Of a DNA stretch of 53,512 nt, positions 50,393 through 53,512 are shown piece by piece (the first letter of the stretch is position 1; the number at the start of each line of letters is the position of its first letter). Origin of the DNA: Catajapyx aquilonaris (taxonomy: Eukaryota). The position numbers were made by a program, and so were the translations under genes. The DNA lies in NCBI GenBank assembly GCA_000934665.2, contig JYFJ02002635.1:1-53512 (forward strand). Direction: 5' to 3'. Below the pieces are notes generated by a model. The model saw nothing but the letters and a program-made list of their open reading frames with translations, did no database searches and was not told the DNA's origin.

Positions 50393-51366
50393 ATAATTTG
50401 CAGAAGCATGAAGAATTCAGCAAGTGCTGAATGTCAATGTGTGGCTTTTAAATGAGCAAGTAATATGGGAATGCTCCCTGTCATGATTACAAAAGGCATA
50501 ATGTATAGTTGTGTTGTGGCAGCTGGGTGAACGGGTATTGCTGCCAGTTGGGCCTTGCACTGCCACACCAACAGTGTACATGTGTCATTGTGTGTGAGTT
50601 TCTCTCTCTCTCTTTTTTCTCCACTTCTCAACATCTTATTTTACCCTACCAGACTATCCTAAGTTACGCACTTTGGTTGACTTCCTACATGATTCACCAG
50701 TTCAGTTTCATCAGTTATTCACAATTATTGATAGCTCCATTTTACTGCTTATAATTTGAGATCAGATAGTTATGAATGACACTATGCAACACGATATTTG
50801 TCCATGGAAACTCATCGCTATTTTCATATCACTTAGGTCACTCATAATCAGTGCCGGATTTATCCCCTCGGCAGCTCCTAGGCAGTTGTGACCGATGGAA
50901 TACCACACACGTTTTTCTGGTTTAATTTTTGAGGAAAACAAATACCGTAGGAGCATTCTCCTTGTGTTTCTCTTTCATTTGATGAATATGTTGATTGGGT
51001 TTTGACCACTTCCACTAACCGAAAAAAAATTATCCAAAATAAGGCCAAATTTCCAAATTTTCGAGATTTTTTCCCTCCCCACAAGATTTTGCAATTTAGC
51101 TGAAACTTGACATGCAGTGTTATGGCATAGGTGTGTACAGCTGTGATTTTTTTCAGCAAAATCTGATATGAAGACCTCGGGAGAAAAACGATCAAGGTCC
51201 ACTTTTTGTCAAAAATGAGTTACATATCTCAAAAGATAAAGTCACTAGTGTAGAATATGATGGTTTGGTCGTGGTTGTGAAGTAATGATCATAGGTCACT
51301 GTGGAAGGGGGAAAGTGAGAGTTACAATGGAGCCTTATGGGCCTTCGAAATTTAAAATGGCAATAT

Positions 51367-51947
51367 CTGACAAGGGAAGGTCATGGGGTGATAATGACGG
51401 ATCTTGATGAAATTTAACATGCTAATACAGGACAATATATGATACTCAAAAATGAAATATTTCGTGCGGAGGCCCATATTTGCAAAAGTTCTGACGTCTT
51501 AAAGTTCCAAAAATAATACATTTTCATTCATAATGGGATTACATTAGCGACCACATATAATGACATTGAAGTGTGTAATCAGTTTCTACACTTTTTGTCA
51601 TCTGAAAAAAGTCCTACAGAACGTCTCTGTCTGTCCATCCGTCTGTGGACAGGTATCAAGGCCTAAACCATAAGAGATACAGAGCCATTATGTAGGACTT
51701 TTTTCCGATGAGACAAAGTGTAGAAACTGATTACACACTTCAATGTGGTCTTATATGTGGTCGCTAATGTAATCCCATTATGAACTCAATGAAAATGGTT
51801 TTTTTAAAACTTTAAGACGTCCTAACTTTTGCAAATATGGGCCTCCGCATGAAATATTTCATTTTTGGGTATCATATATTGTCCTGTATTAGCATGTTAA
51901 ATTTCATCAAGATCTGTCATTATCACCCTGTGACCTTCCCTTGTCAG
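51367..51947. repeat. Fold-back (~250-bp arms) within a HINE-like element
   Basis: 51367-51618 pairs with 51691-51947; the spacer has TCTGTCTGTCC..GTGGACAGGTATC as in 11990-12020; 51960-51995 also pairs with ~51166-51201. Confidence 0.9.
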
Positions 51948-52351
51948 TTTCACCTTAGCTGGACCTTGATCACGTTTCTCCCAAGGTCTTCATATGGTCT
52001 AGCAACATTTAGGCCCACTTAATTGGGAAAAACCCATATATTTGAAGTTTTGGTTTTTTAGCTGCCCAGAGGTCACAAACAAATTGAAGACAAATGAATG
52101 GTTATTATGGGTTACTAGTGAACTAAGAAACATGGAAAGAGCGATGAATTCCCATGGACAGAAAAAAAGGTGATTTTTGTTGCATAGTGTAATTAATGAA
52201 AATTATTTCAAAAAAATCCACAAAATATTTGCTAATATAATTAAACTTCCCAAATCTATGTGATGTGCCTATGGAGAATAAATATTCACAACGAATCCCT
52301 TCAGATAATAACTGATCAAACATATCAGACACTCCAGAAAATTTCAGAAAT

Positions 52352-52521
52352 ATGACACAGTGAAACCTGCATGTAGTTGAAACTTGCCTGTTATGTCACT
52401 TCTGTTTGGTCCCAGTGCACGACATGCAATGCCTTTCTGTGACCTATAACACAAACCCGTTCAGTATGGAAAATTTTTCCAGATGGAGCAATTCCGCTAT
52501 ATACAGGTGTCACTGTGTCAT
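52352..52521. mobile_element. Tigger/pogo-like MITE
   Basis: ATGACACAGTGAAACCTG...CAGGTGTCACTGTGTCAT inverted termini. Confidence 0.55.
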
Positions 52522-53064
52522 GTGGCAAAGTCTGTCAGACCCATTAAATTACTGAGTGAAGGGCAAAAGGAAGGCAACAACAAGACTTCCATCCTTATTT
52601 CACAAAATACATATTAATTGCTTCAAGTTTTCATATGCAAAACAAAGCAGAAGTTACGTCACATCATCCAGAGTAATGTTAGTGTCCTGATTGCCAAGTC
52701 AAGGGATGTGCATGGGAGAGACTGCACCCTTGGTTCTCTTACACAGATCTTACTGGGCAGGTACAGAACTAGCAACTTCATTCAGGAGAACCCTCACTGT
52801 AGATGATGATGTACTGGACAGATCACAAATCAAACCTCCACTCTATGAAAAACACTGGATTGCTTGCACAGCAAAATGAGAAAAATAAAAATATTAAAGC
52901 ATGAATAAAGCATTCTGATGCATGAAATACACTACTGGAAAAATTGCCTTGTACCCTGGCAAGCAGAGCTAATGTGGGTGCGAGTGGAAATGTCCACCAG
53001 TGCTCGCATTTGCCACTGCTTTCCAGGAACAACCCAATTTTTTCCAATATGTAGAGTCAAAAGA

Positions 53065-53232
53065 CATCCTAAAATGCACTCCTAGAACCTCCCACTTTTC
53101 ATGTCCATGGAGATGCCCTTATGCTACAAAAGGAGTAAAAAATGTCAAAAAAAGAGCATGGTTTACTCCTGAATGAGGGCATCTTCATAGACATTTAAAA
53201 AGTGGGACGTTCTAGGAGTGCATTTTAGGATG
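53065..53232. repeat. Diverged hairpin/MITE, ~60-bp arms
   Basis: CATCCTAAAATGCACTCCTAGAAC.TCCCACTTTT pairs with AAAAGTGGGA.GTTCTAGGAGTGCATTTTAGGATG. Confidence 0.85.
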
Positions 53233-53377
53233 CCCTTCAACTATACAGCTGACCCACTGCCTTATCTTAATCCTACCCACAAGTGGACAGTTGTAGCTTT
53301 CAGTTGTATATAATAAAATTTATGGGGGTTCTTTGTAGTTTTTCTAATGTAAAAAAGGAAGTTACTTTCCAGATTAC

Positions 53378-53418
53378 CTTCGCATTGCATGCATTTGACA
53401 CAAGGTACTTGCCCAGAT
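53378..53418 (-). CDS. Candidate 41-nt coding exon of the minus-strand host gene
   Basis: ATTTTCAG|AT CTG GGC...GCG AAG|GTAATC; encodes xLGKYLVSNACNAK and ends in phase 0, matching exon 42500-42401. Confidence 0.5.
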
Positions 53419-53512
53419 CTGAAAATATTGGGACACCCCCAAAAAATGGAGTGGTGGGGTTATACACAGGATGTGATAAAAAGTTTCCATTAAGATTATC
53501 TGGACTTTAGAA

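Overview
This is AT-rich, repeat-dense eukaryotic (animal, probably arthropod) genomic DNA, and most short ORFs in the track are noise. Three gene models are supported. (1) A minus-strand host gene of unknown identity has three phase-compatible 3' exons (53418-53378, 42500-42401, 25801-25665). (2) Nested antisense in its last intron is a compact 3-exon gene (36180-37412, 309 aa) encoding two divergent HMG-box-like domains, an AT-hook-like motif and a histone-H1-like Lys/Ala tail built from five 36-bp repeats. This candidate sperm/chromatin-condensing protein is the most interesting item. (3) Nested in the preceding intron is a 497-aa single-coding-exon LRR protein with a BC-box-like N-terminus. 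The rest is transposon-derived: at least four tRNA-derived SINE families, a 5'-truncated LINE with a 13-bp TSD, pogo/Tc1/mariner relics, Sola-, Harbinger-, Chapaev3-, hAT- and HINE-like non-autonomous elements, and a tRNA-Ala pseudogene. The window also holds an unusually large number of fold-back inverted duplications (90 bp to 1.4 kb). All family assignments are from pattern recognition, not database searches.
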